A stretch of DNA of 64,000 nt from Octopus sinensis (Eukaryota). The position numbers and the translations under genes are program-made. Under the pieces are notes generated by a model. The model ran no database searches, was not told the origin of the DNA, and saw only the letters and a program-made list of their open reading frames with translations. Positions 12,560-29,818 of the stretch are shown here, piece by piece. Position 1 is the first letter of the stretch. Every line of letters starts with the position of its first letter. The stretch spans positions 17,298,001 to 17,362,000 of the forward strand of contig NC_043012.1 of NCBI RefSeq assembly GCF_006345805.1, written 5' to 3'.

Positions 12560-13835
12560 GTTTTTTGGTTGGGTGCTTGGCTTCTGCTCTAAGTTATTTT
12601 TCACTCTAAGCTATTTTCAGTAGTTTGTTAATTTTCGAGGATTGGTGAAGAATCAGGAGACATCTGTTAAAAGTATTATCGTAATTTCTTGAATTCTGGG
12701 TGATGACAAAAGATATATTTACGAATTCATTTCTGTGATATTCCACTTGTTTTCGTTTGAGTTGTTCTGTATTTGCAACGTTTTTCCTTTTGATAATAGT
12801 TGATAATCAATAAGTCTAGTCGGATATTTTGGCTTTTCGAGAAATATTTTCTATTCTTGTAATCTTTTATCCCTTAACGTTGTGTCTTTTAGTGGGTGCA
12901 GAACGCTTTGCAGAACGCTTTGCCATGGCAGATTTGTCTAATTTTGTATGTGAGATATTTGTATCCATGTACCCGTCTGTGTCCTGCGATTTTTATAAAA
13001 AAAGATCTGCTTTAACATTATTCTCGTCTTCGATAACAAGTGTGTCCAAAAATGGTAGTTGCTTTGTGTGTCACTCTGTTGTAAATTTTATTGAGGCATG
13101 TAGCCTATTTAGAAGATTTTTAGTTCTTTTTAATTTCTGTTCCAAAACATAAAACTCATCGAAATAGCTTTACCGCTTTTTCTTTATGCAAATGGAGAAG
13201 TGTTGTTTGATTGTTTTTGGTAGTTGGGAATAGAGTTTGTCTTCTAAGAAATCCACCATTACGAACGTTGCATATGTACTGGCTACTTCCGTCCCCAGTA
13301 CTATCCTTTTTATTTGTAAATCAAAGTTATGGTCAAAGAAGACGTGATTATTTTCATGTATTAATTACAACTCTTCTCACATTTTTTGAGAACCTTTCCT
13401 GGACATGGTTTAGACATGGTTTGTCTGCCAAAAGTTCACAGCTTCAATTTCTAGGTCATGTGGGATTTTGGTGTATAAGATAGTCACACCAAAGATTACG
13501 TGAATGTTTTTTTGTTATATATCTTTCAGTTATATAATTTAGAAAGTCTATATTATTCCGGACGAAGCTTGGCGCCATTTTGCATAATTGTTTCAATATT
13601 ATCCCTATTAGGTTGATCGAACGTAATTTAAAGTTTGTAGGTTTTGGAATTTCGATATTCGTTGTATGTTTTCCTTTTAGGATTTCTTCAACTTCTTTTG
13701 AGTTGTGAACTTTAGGTAGTCCAAAGATGTTGCTGGTCCTGACTTCGAAGTAGCTTAAATAATTGGCCTCATTCTCTTAGCAGAGAATGAGGCCATTTAT
13801 TTGAGCTTGTAGTAGTGTTTGTCAACACTACTACA
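12560..13835 (-). mobile_element. Penelope-like element reverse-transcriptase remnant
   Basis: Minus-strand translation: IFGLPKVHNSK...VTILYTKIPHDLEIEAVNFW...FLEDKLY...LHASIKFTTE...LPFLDTLV. Confidence 0.9.
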
Positions 13836-13865
13836 AGTAGGCTTTTTGATCTCTCTTTCAGTCAG

Positions 13866-14700
13866 TCATTGTTGATTTCTTTTCGCTGTGTGGCATGGAG
13901 TCCCATCTTCCATGAATAAAGACTCATTTTTCGTTATGTTATCGTGTGAATACATCGGAGTTAGTCCTTGCTTAAATAATTCGATGTATTTCTCAGAGTT
14001 TATGATTTCAACACAGTCGATCAGCTCAGAACGACCATTGCTGGTGACAGCTTCCCATACCACTACATAGATACCGCCATGTTTCACAGTTGGTTGGAGT
14101 CGTTTCAAATCAAATTCTTTATTGGGAAGCCTCCTGACCCAAACACGTCCACTGTTTGAAAATAATGCAAATCTGGATTCATCTTTGAAAATCACTCTAT
14201 CCCAAAAAGAACGGGATTTTCTGACATCTCCTTAGCCCATTTCTTTCTTTTCATGATATTAATTGTTTGAAGGAGAGGTTTTCTTCTAGCTGCTCGTCCA
14301 TAATACCCAAGCTTATGCAGATATGTAACACACGTTCTTGGACTAACTTTTAGCAATTTTGCAATATCAGAAGACTTCTACAATTCTCTTCAAACAGCGA
14401 AGCTTTCTTTCCGAGGACCCAGGTCGGCCTTGGCTTTTGAATTGCACTATAATTCTATTAACAGTAGCAAGTGGAATTTGAAGATTTTCGGCAATTTTTC
14501 GCTGGCTAAGACCAGCCTCAGATTGCCCCAAAATACGACCTCTTTGAAAATCTGACAGTTCTGCTGAATTTTGCTTTGCGCGTGGCATGGTTACTCTTCA
14601 CAAATGTTCAACATAATGGCATCTGGAAGGAAAAAGAATAATTACTTTGTAAATTCTACACTGTTGAAAACATATTAAGACGCTTAGATCAGAAATTTTG
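13866..14700 (-). mobile_element. Tc1-family transposon, 3'-truncated, frameshifted transposase
   Basis: ORF 14367-14588 is a paired-like HTH ([11 protein letters not shown]...SQRKIAENL); then RKPLL...WDRVIFKDESRF...TVKHGG...FMEDGTPCHT (ORF 13866-14195). The third catalytic residue is absent. Confidence 0.92.
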
Positions 14701-14788
14701 AAAATTGAAGGCGTCTATTTACTTCCTGCATGTATGTATGTATGTATGTATGTATGTATGTATGTATGTATGTATGTATGTATGTATG

Positions 14789-14827
<39 letters not shown>

Positions 14828-15446
14828 ATATATATATATATATGTGTGTGTATGTGTGTTTATGCATGTGAACAGGGATATAATTATGCAGTCATCATCA
14901 CACGTGAACAAAGTTGTGTGCATTTCATAGTCATATCACATCATACACACGCATATATACATATATATATATATATGTAATAAACAAGTTCACTCATATT
15001 CCATATCTCAAATGCATATATATCTATGTATACACACACACACACATACACACACACATACTCACACTCACATATATATGTCTATATATGCGTGCATATA
15101 GCTGTATATATATATATATATACATATAAATACATGTGTCTGTGTATATTTAAATATGCATATATATGAATATATCTATATGTCGAGATATGAGTCTCCC
15201 TATGAAATGCTTTGTATATTTATGCCTATCGTGCTCTTTACATATCCGTGCAGGCGTAATTACTTATGTACGTTCGTCCAAAGATAAATATATTTCTGAC
15301 GGCAGATAAGAAAGGAAGAAAATGAAACATAAATACACGCACATACACAGATATATATATATATATATGTGTATGTATGTATGTGCATGTGTATATATAT
15401 ATATATGTATAATTATATAATATATATATATATCTATATATATAAT

Positions 15447-15479
<33 letters not shown>

Positions 15480-15989
15480 GTGTGTGTAATAATATATATA
15501 TATATGTATATATAGATATATATAAACGTTAAGTCTTGTCTTTTAAGGAAATATGGCAGCTGTCGTTTTCTTGCCATTCGTTTCCCCTACAAATCTCAAA
15601 AAAAAAAAAAAACGAAATATATAAATAAAAATAAAAATAAAATAAAATAAAAAAGATAAACAGACACAAAAATAAAACACACACATAACATAAAGATTAA
15701 AAAATAAAGATAAAATATTATCGATTTTTTTCCCTGATCTGTCACCTCATCGTTAGCTGTCTGTTTTAGTTATATTATCATTATTATTCTTCCTATTTTT
15801 TTTTTGTTTTATGACTTCTTATTTATTTTTTTTTTACCTCATCAACGCAACTATTGATTGGTGAAGGCCACTTGTATCTCAACTAGTTAAGCGAACTTTA
15901 CGATATTAGAAATGACTAGCCGATGGACTTTTATTTTGCTAACATCATCATTATCCTCATCGGCGTCGTCTTCGTTGCCGCCGTAGTTG

Positions 15990-16002
15990 TCATCGACATC
16001 AG

Positions 16003-16080
<78 letters not shown>

Positions 16081-16200
16081 GTTATTATTATTATTATTAT
16101 CATAATCATCGTCATTGTCCTCATCTTCCAGTTCCTCCTCTACCACCTCCCCTCCCCCTCCTCCACTTCGTCCTCCTCATTATTATTATTGTGATTTTTC
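15990..16200. repeat. Compound trinucleotide microsatellite (CAT)n(TAT)n(CCT)n
   Basis: Direct reading. Confidence 0.95.
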
Positions 16201-16415
16201 TTTTGCCATGATAAGCCTGAATTAGTTTGAAGTTGGGAGATGAACGAGAAAGAGCCGAAGGGAGAGAAGGAAGGGAGAGAGAGAGAGAGAGAGAGATAGA
16301 AGCAGAGAAAGACTGAGAGAGAAAACTGAAAGAGAAAAGAAAAAGAGAGAGTGAGAAGACGTGACATGAAAGAAATAGAGAAGAAAAATTCTATATATGT
16401 ACACACACACACATT

Positions 16416-16458
<43 letters not shown>

Positions 16459-16853
16459 TATATATATATATCTACACACACACGCGCAAGAATACATATA
16501 CAGATACGTATCTCTCTCCCCCTCTCTCTCTCTATATATATATGTATATACATATAGAGAGAGAGAGACAGAAAGAGAGGGAGACAGATAGACAGAAAGA
16601 GAGAATAACAGTAAGAGCGAAGAAAGATAGGAACAGAGTAGCGATTGTTGATGTGTGTAGTGTAGGCCATAGTTTGGACAAAGACAAGTACCAGAGAGTT
16701 AAAGCTGGATCAATATGGAAGTGACTGTCAGAATTCTGGTGATAACCAACAAATCACATGCAATAGAGACACAGAAACACATGCTGCCCCCATACTATAT
16801 ATATATATATATATATTATATATATGTGTGCGTGTATAGTATATATATATACG

Positions 16854-16910
<57 letters not shown>

Positions 16911-17003
16911 GTGTTATATATATATGTATATATATGTATATATATATATATATATATGTATTAGTGATATGTATATATATACATATATATATGTGTATCT
17001 GTA

Positions 17004-17048
<45 letters not shown>

Positions 17049-17063
17049 TATATATTATATATA

Positions 17064-19337
<2,274 letters not shown>

Positions 19338-19983
19338 TAACGGAGAGCGAGAGAGAGATGGGGAGAGCAGAGGGAAGGAGTAAGAGAGAGAAGGATCAAA
19401 TAAACCAGTCAGAGAGAATCGGATAGTGGAAAGGGAGAGAAAAAGGAAACAAAAAGCAATACAAAGGAAAGCAACAGCAAAAAAAAAAAAAATAAAGAAA
19501 GCGAACCCCCCCACCCCAAAAAAAAAGACTCAACAAATTTACAAAACGAACAAGTCTAAAAATAATATGAAATAATAAGAATAATAACGACGAAAATATG
19601 ATGGAATAACAATAGCAATACAAAAAAAAGCCTCAACAAAAATGCAAAAACAAAGCAGCTTGTCTGACATTTGACTGTCATCAGTCAGTTTGTTAATTTT
19701 CCATAACGTCTTTGTCAATTATATTAGGTGTGCATGATGACGAGATATCATCATCATCATTTTATTTTATTTTTTTAATATATTATGTGGTATTTTTATA
19801 TGTATTGTTTTTTTTCTTTATCATTTTTTTAAAAAAAACTTCAGGTGGTTCTGACTGCAGAAATTTCCCGTGCCATAAGAAAAAAAAAAAAAAGAAAAAG
19901 AAAAAGAGAAAGGAAGAGAAACGTACAGAAAAGTTAGGAAACAGCTATTACTAGTAACCTGTCTGTGGGAGAAGAATAAGAGG

Positions 19984-20039
<56 letters not shown>

Positions 20040-20045
20040 ATATAT

Positions 20046-20139
<94 letters not shown>

Positions 20140-20181
20140 TTTATGAAAGAATGAAGTGAAAGACTTGTTAACAAATATATA

Positions 20182-20213
<32 letters not shown>

Positions 20214-20839
20214 CTTGCATACATGCATAAATGCATGTATGCATACATACAAACATGCATACGTTGAATATAATATATATATATATCTATATATATGTAT
20301 GTATGTATATGTATCTGTGTGTGTGGGTGTTGACATATATATATATATATTCTTGCGTATGTATATGCATACCGAATAAGCTATGCATACACACACACAT
20401 ACACACACGTATTCATATATGTGTATATATGCTTATGTCTACACGCAGATGTACAGTATTTCGAATAAATTATTGTATTCTACAACGATATGTAGTAGTT
20501 TTTCTCCAGTTCGTTAAAACCCAAATATATATATATATATGTGTGTGTGTGGTGTGTGTGTGTGTGTGAGTGCGTGTGTGTGTGTGTACATGTACATATA
20601 TATTCATATATATATATATATATACATCTACATTTTTATACATATGTATATGTATGTGCATATACGTACATATATATATATGTGCATGTGTGTGTGTGTG
20701 TATGTATTGAAATCCAACTAATATTTATGAATATGTATGTGTATGTGCGGACAAAATGTATTTAACATTTTTATGTATAAATGCATTATACATCTTTATA
20801 TTCATAATATATGTATATGATATGTATATAGATACGGAT

Positions 20840-20875
<36 letters not shown>

Positions 20876-21185
20876 GAATATATATATATGTATATGCATA
20901 TATATACATATATGCATATATATATATATATACATATGGATATATATATATATATAATATATAATATATATATATATATATATGTAGATATATACACACA
21001 TTAATACCTACATAATATCTATCTGTCTGTCTGTTTGCCTCTCTGTCTATATCTATCTATCTATAATCTCTCTATCTCTATATTATCTGTCTGTCCGTCT
21101 GTCTGTCTATCTCTGTTTGCCTGTCTGTCTGCCTGTCTCTGATTATATCTATATCTATATCTATATCTATATCTATCTATCTATC

Positions 21186-21226
<41 letters not shown>

Positions 21227-21627
21227 TATAGATTGATAGAAATTTATGGAAGTCAGCGTTTCAAACGTCAAGGTTAGTTATATGAAATTGTAGTCTATAT
21301 ACAGCAATTGAGCTCATCAGTAGAGAAAATGACATTTCGACTGACATCAAATTGGTGTTGAGTTTGTTACCTGACACAACTAATATTTCACAATCGTATA
21401 CAAAGATATAAGGAAAAAAAAAAACGTTCCTTTGTTCTTCGTCTATGAGGTTTGATCTCAGTCGTTGTTTAACCCCGGGTTAGTCCTGATCAAGAAGATT
21501 TATGATTAAACACATTAAATCTTAGGACATTTTGGTGCTTTGTGTGTTCAGGGATTATGCTGTCTAATGAATCCTTTCTTTCATGCTGTAGATAGTATGG
21601 CAATATCGTTAATACGTCGAAGAAAAA

Positions 21628-21803
21628 TGTTTAGCGGCGTTTCGTCCGTCCTTACTTTCTGAGTTCAAACAACGCATGGGTGAAATTTACTTTTCATCTT
21701 TTCTGAGTCGATAAAATAAGTACCAGTTGAACACTGGAGGGTTGACATAATCAACTTAGACCCATCCCCGAAAATTGTTGGCCTTGTACCAAAATTAGAA
21801 ACC
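21628..21803 (+). mobile_element. Degraded SINE family B
   Basis: ttctgagttcaaa...ttcatcttttctgagtcgataaaataagtaccagtt. Confidence 0.7.
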
Positions 21804-22247
21804 AATATTTTAGGAAGCTTGGCTGCTATATTTAGTCGGGATGATGTTACTGGGTGTAGTTATCTGGATGCTGATTGGATGTTCAGCGTCTTTTGTTGAC
21901 AGTGCGTTTTTGGAGCTGGACGCAAATATACACATGGACACACACCCACACAGACACAGGCACAAATACACACACACACACGAACACACAAATTCTCTCT
22001 CACACACACATATGCAGAAATATATCCATACAGAGAGGGGGAGAAAGACAGAGAGATATTACGATTTAATATTTGAACACGATTGACATAAGCACTTTCT
22101 CTCACCTCATACATAGAAAGAGAAATATATTCACAGATATAAACGGAAAGAGAGAAAGAGATAGATAGATAGATAGATAGAGAGAGAAGACACAGAGAGT
22201 GATTGATATATATATATATATATATACACACAAATATATATATATAT

Positions 22248-22259
<12 letters not shown>

Positions 22260-22305
<46 letters not shown>

Positions 22306-22439
22306 GTTGAAACGTTAGATGCAAACAAGATAATGCTGTCGAATCAGTGACATCAAATACGCTACGCCAAAATGGTTGGGCCAGAAACCTACTATTATTA
22401 CTCACTAACCTACTGTTGCTGCTACTGCTGCTGCTGCTG

Positions 22440-22493
<54 letters not shown>

Positions 22494-22552
22494 TTACTAT
22501 TATACTACTACTGATGATAATGATGCTGCTGCTGCTGATGATGATGATGATT
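22260..22552. repeat. (GA)n and (CTG)/(CTA)/(GAT)n microsatellites
   Basis: Direct reading. Confidence 0.9.
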
Positions 22553-22684
22553 AATATTTTTATATTTTAACTCTCCTAAGATGTCGGTCCTGGTTTATGA
22601 AGAAAAACGCCTGATAGAGTTTGGTACCGTGGTTTTGGTTTCCCAACCGATGAATAAACAAACAGATCAGTCTCCTTAACTCTG

Positions 22685-22909
22685 TAAGGAACATAGTGCC
22701 TGTTTCCCGGTCTTTCTGTGTATATATTCCCCACTGGGCAGGACATCGGTCCGTCGCAGGATTACTAATTTTTCGCAGCTGAGTGGACTGGAGCAACGTG
22801 AAATGAAGTGTTTTGCGCAAGAACACAACGCATCACCCGGGCTAGGAATCGAAATCACAACCTCGCGACCATGAGTCCAACATCCTAGTCACTAAGCCAT
22901 GCGCCTCCG
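22685..22909 (-). mobile_element. tRNA-derived SINE (family A-type head, different 3' tail)
   Basis: Reverse complement ggaggcgcatggcttagtgac...gatttcgattcctagcccggg...cacgttgctccagtccactcagctg. Confidence 0.82.
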
Positions 22910-23029
22910 TATTAAGGAAATCACTACCGTCTTTAGTTTTGAGAGGAGAGTAACGTTTACCTCCATATAATTCTTCGTTCTTTGCTCTGACGTTGGACAA
23001 GTATCACTTGTTTAAAGCCATCTTATGTT

Positions 23030-23680
23030 TATTTAACATGTCGGCTTTTGTCTTATTTTCAATGTCCACAGATTCTTCCCATGAGAAACATCGCGTTCCT
23101 TATTTTCGATTTTCACAATTATTCCCCTAAGAAATGTCTCACTAGTGCTCTGGAATTAAAACAAGCAATACTTGAAAGAAAGAACCCGTATGTTCTAATA
23201 GAGAATAGCATAGAGCGTGCAAAAGCTGTAGATATTAAAGAATTACAAAAAGTCAAGACCAGTTTAGATGTATCTAAATCTCTATCTTTAATTACTACTT
23301 ATTACCCACGAAACACAGAAACATTCGGCATCATTTATCAATACTATTATTGAGCCAAGTTTCAAGAATGAAAAAGGCACTTGAAATATATGAAATAACC
23401 AAATTCAAAAGGTAACCAAAATCCCTAAAAAAAACCTACTTACAAGCGCTAAAATATCAACTACAGACTCAACTCGAACAGTTAAAAGTTTGACCGCTCT
23501 TATCGTAGAACTTGTACCAACCTTATTAAGAACAACTCACTTATATAAATCGGGACACGTTTTCACTATGAAAAACACTTAATATAAGCCAATAAATGCA
23601 ACGGGTGCACCAAAAATTTGATTGGTGAAACCGAACACCTTAAGAATAAGAAGAAAGATCCATCGGCAACTATTAATTTT
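23030..23680 (+). mobile_element. Penelope-like element remnant (thumb/linker to GIY-YIG)
   Basis: ELKQAILERKNPYVLIENSIERAKAV...ITTYYPRN...KCNGCTKNLIGET...KIHRQ. Confidence 0.75.
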
Positions 23681-23819
23681 TTATTGTAACCCTGGTTTTT
23701 ATGCGCTAAGCCATTGATGGTATTATTAAATTGATGGCATTATTAAATTAATATCCAATTTTTCACCCTTATTTGTGATTATATAATATATATATATATA
23801 TATATGTATGTATGGATGT

Positions 23820-24033
23820 ATATGTTTGTGTGCTTGATCCCCCATCATCGTTTGACAACCGATGTTGGTGTGTTTACGTCCCTGTAACTTAGCGATCCGG
23901 CAAAAGAGAACCATAGATTAAGTAGTAGGCTTACAAAGAATAAGTCCTGAGGTCGATTTGTTCGACTAAAGGCGGTGCTCCAGCATGGCTGCAGTCAAAT
24001 GACTGAAACAAATGAATGAATGGAAGAATAAAA
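23820..24033 (+). mobile_element. SINE 3' half (26710-type family)
   Basis: gacaaccgatgttggtgtgtttacgtccc...ggcggtgctccagcatggctgcagtcaaatgactgaaacaa. Confidence 0.85.
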
Positions 24034-24208
24034 GTTTTTTATATTCATTTGAGATTTACGCAGTAGATGAATGGAGGTTCTTCAGTTATCGATTAATTCT
24101 TCAATTTCATTATATCAAGAAGGACGAGTCGGAAATTTGACGTCAGAAGTGTTCGAACTTAAACATTCAATTTTGCTTACTAAATCACACACACATACAC
24201 GCAAAACA

Positions 24209-24250
<42 letters not shown>

Positions 24251-24691
24251 TGCTGGTAAATCAGTTACCGTTATATAATGAATGCAGAGAAACGTAAATA
24301 ATTCCTATACCGCGAGACATTTAACATATCACACTCTCAATTCTACCATCATCAACGTCCGCCTCAAGACATACATACACATATCCGTATATACATACAC
24401 ATATATACATATGCACATACATACAAATACTCGCACATATAAAGACATACATTTACACATACATAATACATACATACATACATACATACTGCACACATAC
24501 ATACATTCATACATACACACATACCTACATACGTACATACATACATTCATACATACACACATACATACATACACACATACATACGTACATACAACATACA
24601 TACATCCCCCGACATATATATATGCATATATAGATATATAGATATATATGTGTGTATGTATATATATATACATACATACATACATGCATAT

Positions 24692-24760
<69 letters not shown>

Positions 24761-24789
24761 CAAAAGTAAATAAATGCATTACTATTTTC

Positions 24790-24827
<38 letters not shown>

Positions 24828-25559
24828 GAAATCAAAATTAGAATTACCGTGAAATAAAATAGGCACAAACAAAAAGAAAAACATAAATCAATGATAAAAT
24901 ACAAAGAAAAAAATAAATCATCAACCTACATAAATAACAAAATTCGTGATGTTTAATAACCTAGAGTGATTACAAAGTTTAAACTGCGTCGATTAATTAT
25001 GATAGACTGATCACGGAGTTCTTTATCATAACAACTTGGTTTAAACAATTTGGACAAGAGTTTAAAGAATGGGGTTTGAACAAGAGTATAGACTACACGC
25101 ATCTACACACACACTCAGCTACATAAACACACACACAATTAAGCATACGAATAACTATACATACAAACAATTACACATACATACAATCATATATACACAT
25201 TGATTGTGCATTTGCAAGTTCAGACATTGCCACAAGGTAGATGTGGTTCCATATAAACCATTCCAGTATTTTTAATTTTTCTAATTTCTCTCTCGTTTTA
25301 CAACTTCAAAATTTAATATTGTTACCTTAAACTCTAGGCCAACTTATAAATATTGATTTAAGCACGTGCACAATTTCAAACATAACCCACCGTTAACATA
25401 ATCGTTGCTCTTTTCCTTTCTTCTGTCCTCATACCCTTTGTTTATCTGTTTGTTTGTTTGTTTCTTTCTTTCTTTTCTTCTTTTTAAACCACCATATTGA
25501 GCTACACTCAGGTTTTTTCTTCAGTTCCGATCATCTCTCTCCGTTCTCTCTCCTTCTTA

Positions 25560-25860
<301 letters not shown>

Positions 25861-26709
25861 GTTCTCACTTTAAACAAAACTTGAAAAAAGCGGTTTGGTA
25901 TTTGAATAAATCTATTACAAAATTTAAAATTCGACTTCACGTTTTGAGATCAGGTGCCTTTTTAAACCTCAAAACAAATTCCCCTAAATATATATATATT
26001 ATATATATATATATATATATAGATATAGGATATATGTATATGTATATGTGTATGGTGTGTGTGTGTGTGTGTGTGTTTGTATGTGTATGTGTGTGAGTGA
26101 GAGAGACAGCGACTATGCGTGAGCACGCGCGTTTATGTATGTGTATTTGTACATATATATGTATATACACACACACTCACATATACATATATATATTTAG
26201 ATGACTACACACATAAATATATTAATACCTATATATAAATATATAATATCACAATACCAAAATGATATATATATATATAAGAATGTATTAGAATGCTGGT
26301 CGTATAGCTCCTGTTATAAATGAAACTGGACTTGCGAATATTTGAACAGTTCTCTTGATTAATGTCAAGTGCGCTTGACCTTTCAAATTATTTAGTGTTA
26401 TTACACCGCGTTGTTTTGAATATCTCATTGTGAAAGAAACACATCTGACATTTTCAGTGAATATAAATTTCGGTTTTGTGGTATTATAATCTATACCAAT
26501 CATCATTAGTATTTAGAGGAGGCATGATGAAATAATTTAGAATTTATTTAGAATATATTTTTGGCAGATCAACACAAAAACACTACCGCTAACGGTATGT
26601 GTCTATTTGATTGCTTGATCTACAAGAAATAACCACCAAAATGACATGAAAACTCATACGAAACGTTGAAAAATTACAAGTACATATATAATATTCTCAT
26701 AATATTCTC

Positions 26710-26880
26710 AGTGGCTGTGTGGTAAGTAGCTTGTCTACCAACCACATGGTTCCGGGTTCAGTCCCACTGCGTGGAACCTTGGGCAAGTGTCTTCTACTAT
26801 AGCCTCGGGCCGACCAAAGCCTTGTGAGTGGATTTGGTAGACGGACACTGAAAGAAGCCCGTCGTATATAAGTATATATA

Positions 26881-26924
<44 letters not shown>

Positions 26925-27155
26925 GCGTGTGTGTGTTTGTGTGCCTGTGTTTATCCCCTAGCATTGCTTGACAACCGTTGCTGGTGTGTTTATGTCCCCA
27001 TTACTTAGCGGTTCGGCAAAAGAGACCGATAGAATAAGTACTGGGCTTACAAAAAATAAGTCCCGGGGTCGAGTTGCTCGGTTAAAGGCGGTGCTCCAGC
27101 ATGGCCGCAGTCAAATGACTGAAACAAGTCAAAGAGTAAAAGAGTAAAGAGAGAG
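26710..27155 (+). mobile_element. Full-length tRNA-derived SINE with internal (TA)/(TG) tract (probably octopus OR-type, CORE-like ccttgggcaagt)
   Basis: A box gtggctgtgtggtaag, B-box-like gggttcagtcc, ccttgggcaagtgtc, tail ending in (aaagagt)n. The family name is from memory. Confidence 0.88.
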
Positions 27156-28002
27156 TATTCATTATGTTTGAAAAACGATGAGACGTGTAAATTCATTTCA
27201 AGTATCATTCGTGTAGTGAAATGTCATTGCGACATCTTAATATCGCTAAAATTTGTCCAAAAAACGTTTAGGACATTTATAATATATTCCGCTTTTATTA
27301 TTTTACGACGACTCTCGACTTTTTAACAGGTAAGTTGTGGGGCTCACCCAACATCTAGGAGCATACTCTTATTTCCGGCGTTGATATTAAAAATTTGGAA
27401 CGAAATATGCAGGTACATACTTGCTGCATTGCAACTTACTGCCTTAATTTCCAAATATATGTGGTATCTAAACACAGAATTGTTAAGAGTTAATGTTTGT
27501 TTCATTGTGAAACACAAATTTTGCTACACAAATGTCATCGACAGAACGATTACTGACTCTCAGAGGAATATATCATTATGTTGCAGTGTTTACATTTTAA
27601 ACAGTAGTTCGGAATTTCTTAATTTTCCATCACTAGTTTATTGATACCGTCAACTGGCAAACAATTATATTTCTTAGATAAAGGACTTCCTGTATCTCGG
27701 AAAATTGGTCTCATACTGTGAATTATACAATTAGCACAGAAGAGAAAGAAAACATTATATTTCTGCAGATACCAATGTACATAGGAATCATGAATTTTCT
27801 AGCTCAATTTTTTTGAAAACCAGTCAAGTTCGATGTGGTGTATGTTAAGCAATCAAACGTTTAAGTATTTGCGAATAGTTTCTCTCATATACTGCAAATT
27901 GCAGTTTTATTTTCGTATAGAATACTCACTCACGAGTGCACATATATGTGTACCTAGTTATTTACATAGATATATTACACACATATATCTATATACATAT
28001 AC

Positions 28003-28097
<95 letters not shown>

Positions 28098-28100
28098 AAT

Positions 28101-28138
<38 letters not shown>

Positions 28139-28245
28139 CTTTCTATATATATACGGATACGTGTGTGTAAAATACACAACGCATATATACGAATGTATGT
28201 AAATGTATGTATTTATTTGTATGTATCTCTCTCTATATATATATG

Positions 28246-28277
<32 letters not shown>

Positions 28278-28279
28278 AT

Positions 28280-28315
<36 letters not shown>

Positions 28316-29029
28316 TCATATATGTATATATATATATGTGTATTCAACAACACTGTATTTGCGTTACTTTCTTAGTTGTCAATGTTTCTAGATATTGGCT
28401 ATCGATTTCCGCTATCTTTCACTTAAACAAACTTTCTCTCACTTTCGATTGCACTTACTCGCGTTCTTACTCGATCTTATCATCTCATATCTCACCTGTC
28501 GTTTTTCCTCCTTTTCTATGATTGTGGTTCAATCATTTAACTAATACCTAATTTTTCCTTTAGATATTGATGTTGATATATTAAAACATCCATTCTGTCA
28601 ACATCACAATATGTGTGTTAATATATACATGCATATGCACCCACTACTTATACATATTTGCATGTATATATGAGTAAATCGTATATATGTATAAGTATGA
28701 ATGTATTGAATACCGCGCACATAAATTTCCTATTATATGGTAATTTTCCATCTAGCTGGTGAGAGAAAACACAGCAAGGGACATTTCTTACAACGTAAAA
28801 GGGGCACGATTTCAATAAATTGGAGATTGAAATAGCTATCTATGTATTTACTTGATGCATACATATACTGTTGATAGATCAGTTACTACAGTGTGTTCCA
28901 TGCGATAACAGACCTTATGGAGTTGTGTTACAAACACAATAAATATCAAAGAGAGAGAGAGAGAGAGAGAGAGAGGGACGGAGAGAGAGAGGAAGAGAGA
29001 AAGAGGGAAAGAGAGAGATACAAAAATTC

Positions 29030-29350
29030 ATTTCAGCAGCGGTCAACAAGAGACCTAGATACATTTTGGCCATTTTGGGCTTTGTTAGTTGTGTGTAGTC
29101 GCAGCGATCCACTTACCCGGAGCCGAAGTCGTCTTCTCTGATATAAGATAAAACATTCGTTGATGTTGAGAACAGCTGCGCGGCTGATTTAAAAATCGCA
29201 ACACCAGTGAATGCGTTATTCACTGTGTTCCGGTTTAAGAGAAGACGCGGGTTCTCGTCCGATTATGTGGCTAGCTGCGAGTGCACGTCATTGAAAATGT
29301 CCGAAAAAGCCGAATTGGATTTACTGCACTCGTTAACGACTGCTTGGATG
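29030..29350 (-). promoter_or_regulatory. CpG-rich promoter/first-exon-like island
   Basis: Many CpGs in an otherwise CpG-poor window; minus-strand donor ccgg|gtaagt at 29117/29116; YY1-like aaaatggc on the minus strand at about 29069-29076; tgacgtg at about 29284-29290. Confidence 0.45.
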
Positions 29351-29766
29351 AATTTTCATCTCTCTCTTATATTTACTGTGTTTTAATACAGAAAGTCCAT
29401 ATGAAATATCTCAGGGCAAGTACTGCAGTACTTGGCTTATCAGAAGTGCGTATGTATTAAATGTGATAGGGTTGATGGCTATTCTAACATGTTGCCTAAA
29501 TTGCAGATTGAGTCAAGTTAAAGACAAACTATAATAATTTTCCGTTTTTTTCCACAAGGACACGCATTCACTGTTTGATGTGTCTTTCCTTCTCTTCCTA
29601 TTTTTCACTCTGTATCACTAATATTCAGTCAGATTCAACTCATATTTTGCCTGTCTTTTTCGTGTCTCCTGTATTGCTCTGATAAAATCATTAAAATACA
29701 AATGGATACTTTGATATCATTATATGTGTGCGTTATATAATATACCTGCATATATATGCACACACG

Positions 29767-29818
<52 letters not shown>

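Noticed and set aside
12829-13483. Plus-strand ORFs of 107 and 90 aa
   Set aside because: Antisense shadows of the minus-strand Penelope RT remnant.
15838-15882. 45-nt minus-strand mini-exon candidate LRYKWPSPINSCVDE
   Set aside because: Too short to distinguish from chance, weak donor, and no phase-compatible partner found.
21815-21902. Hydrophobic plus-strand frame EAWLLYLVGMMLLGVVIWMLIG after a ttttag
   Set aside because: It abuts a SINE end, alternative frames are equally plausible, and no homology is recognised.
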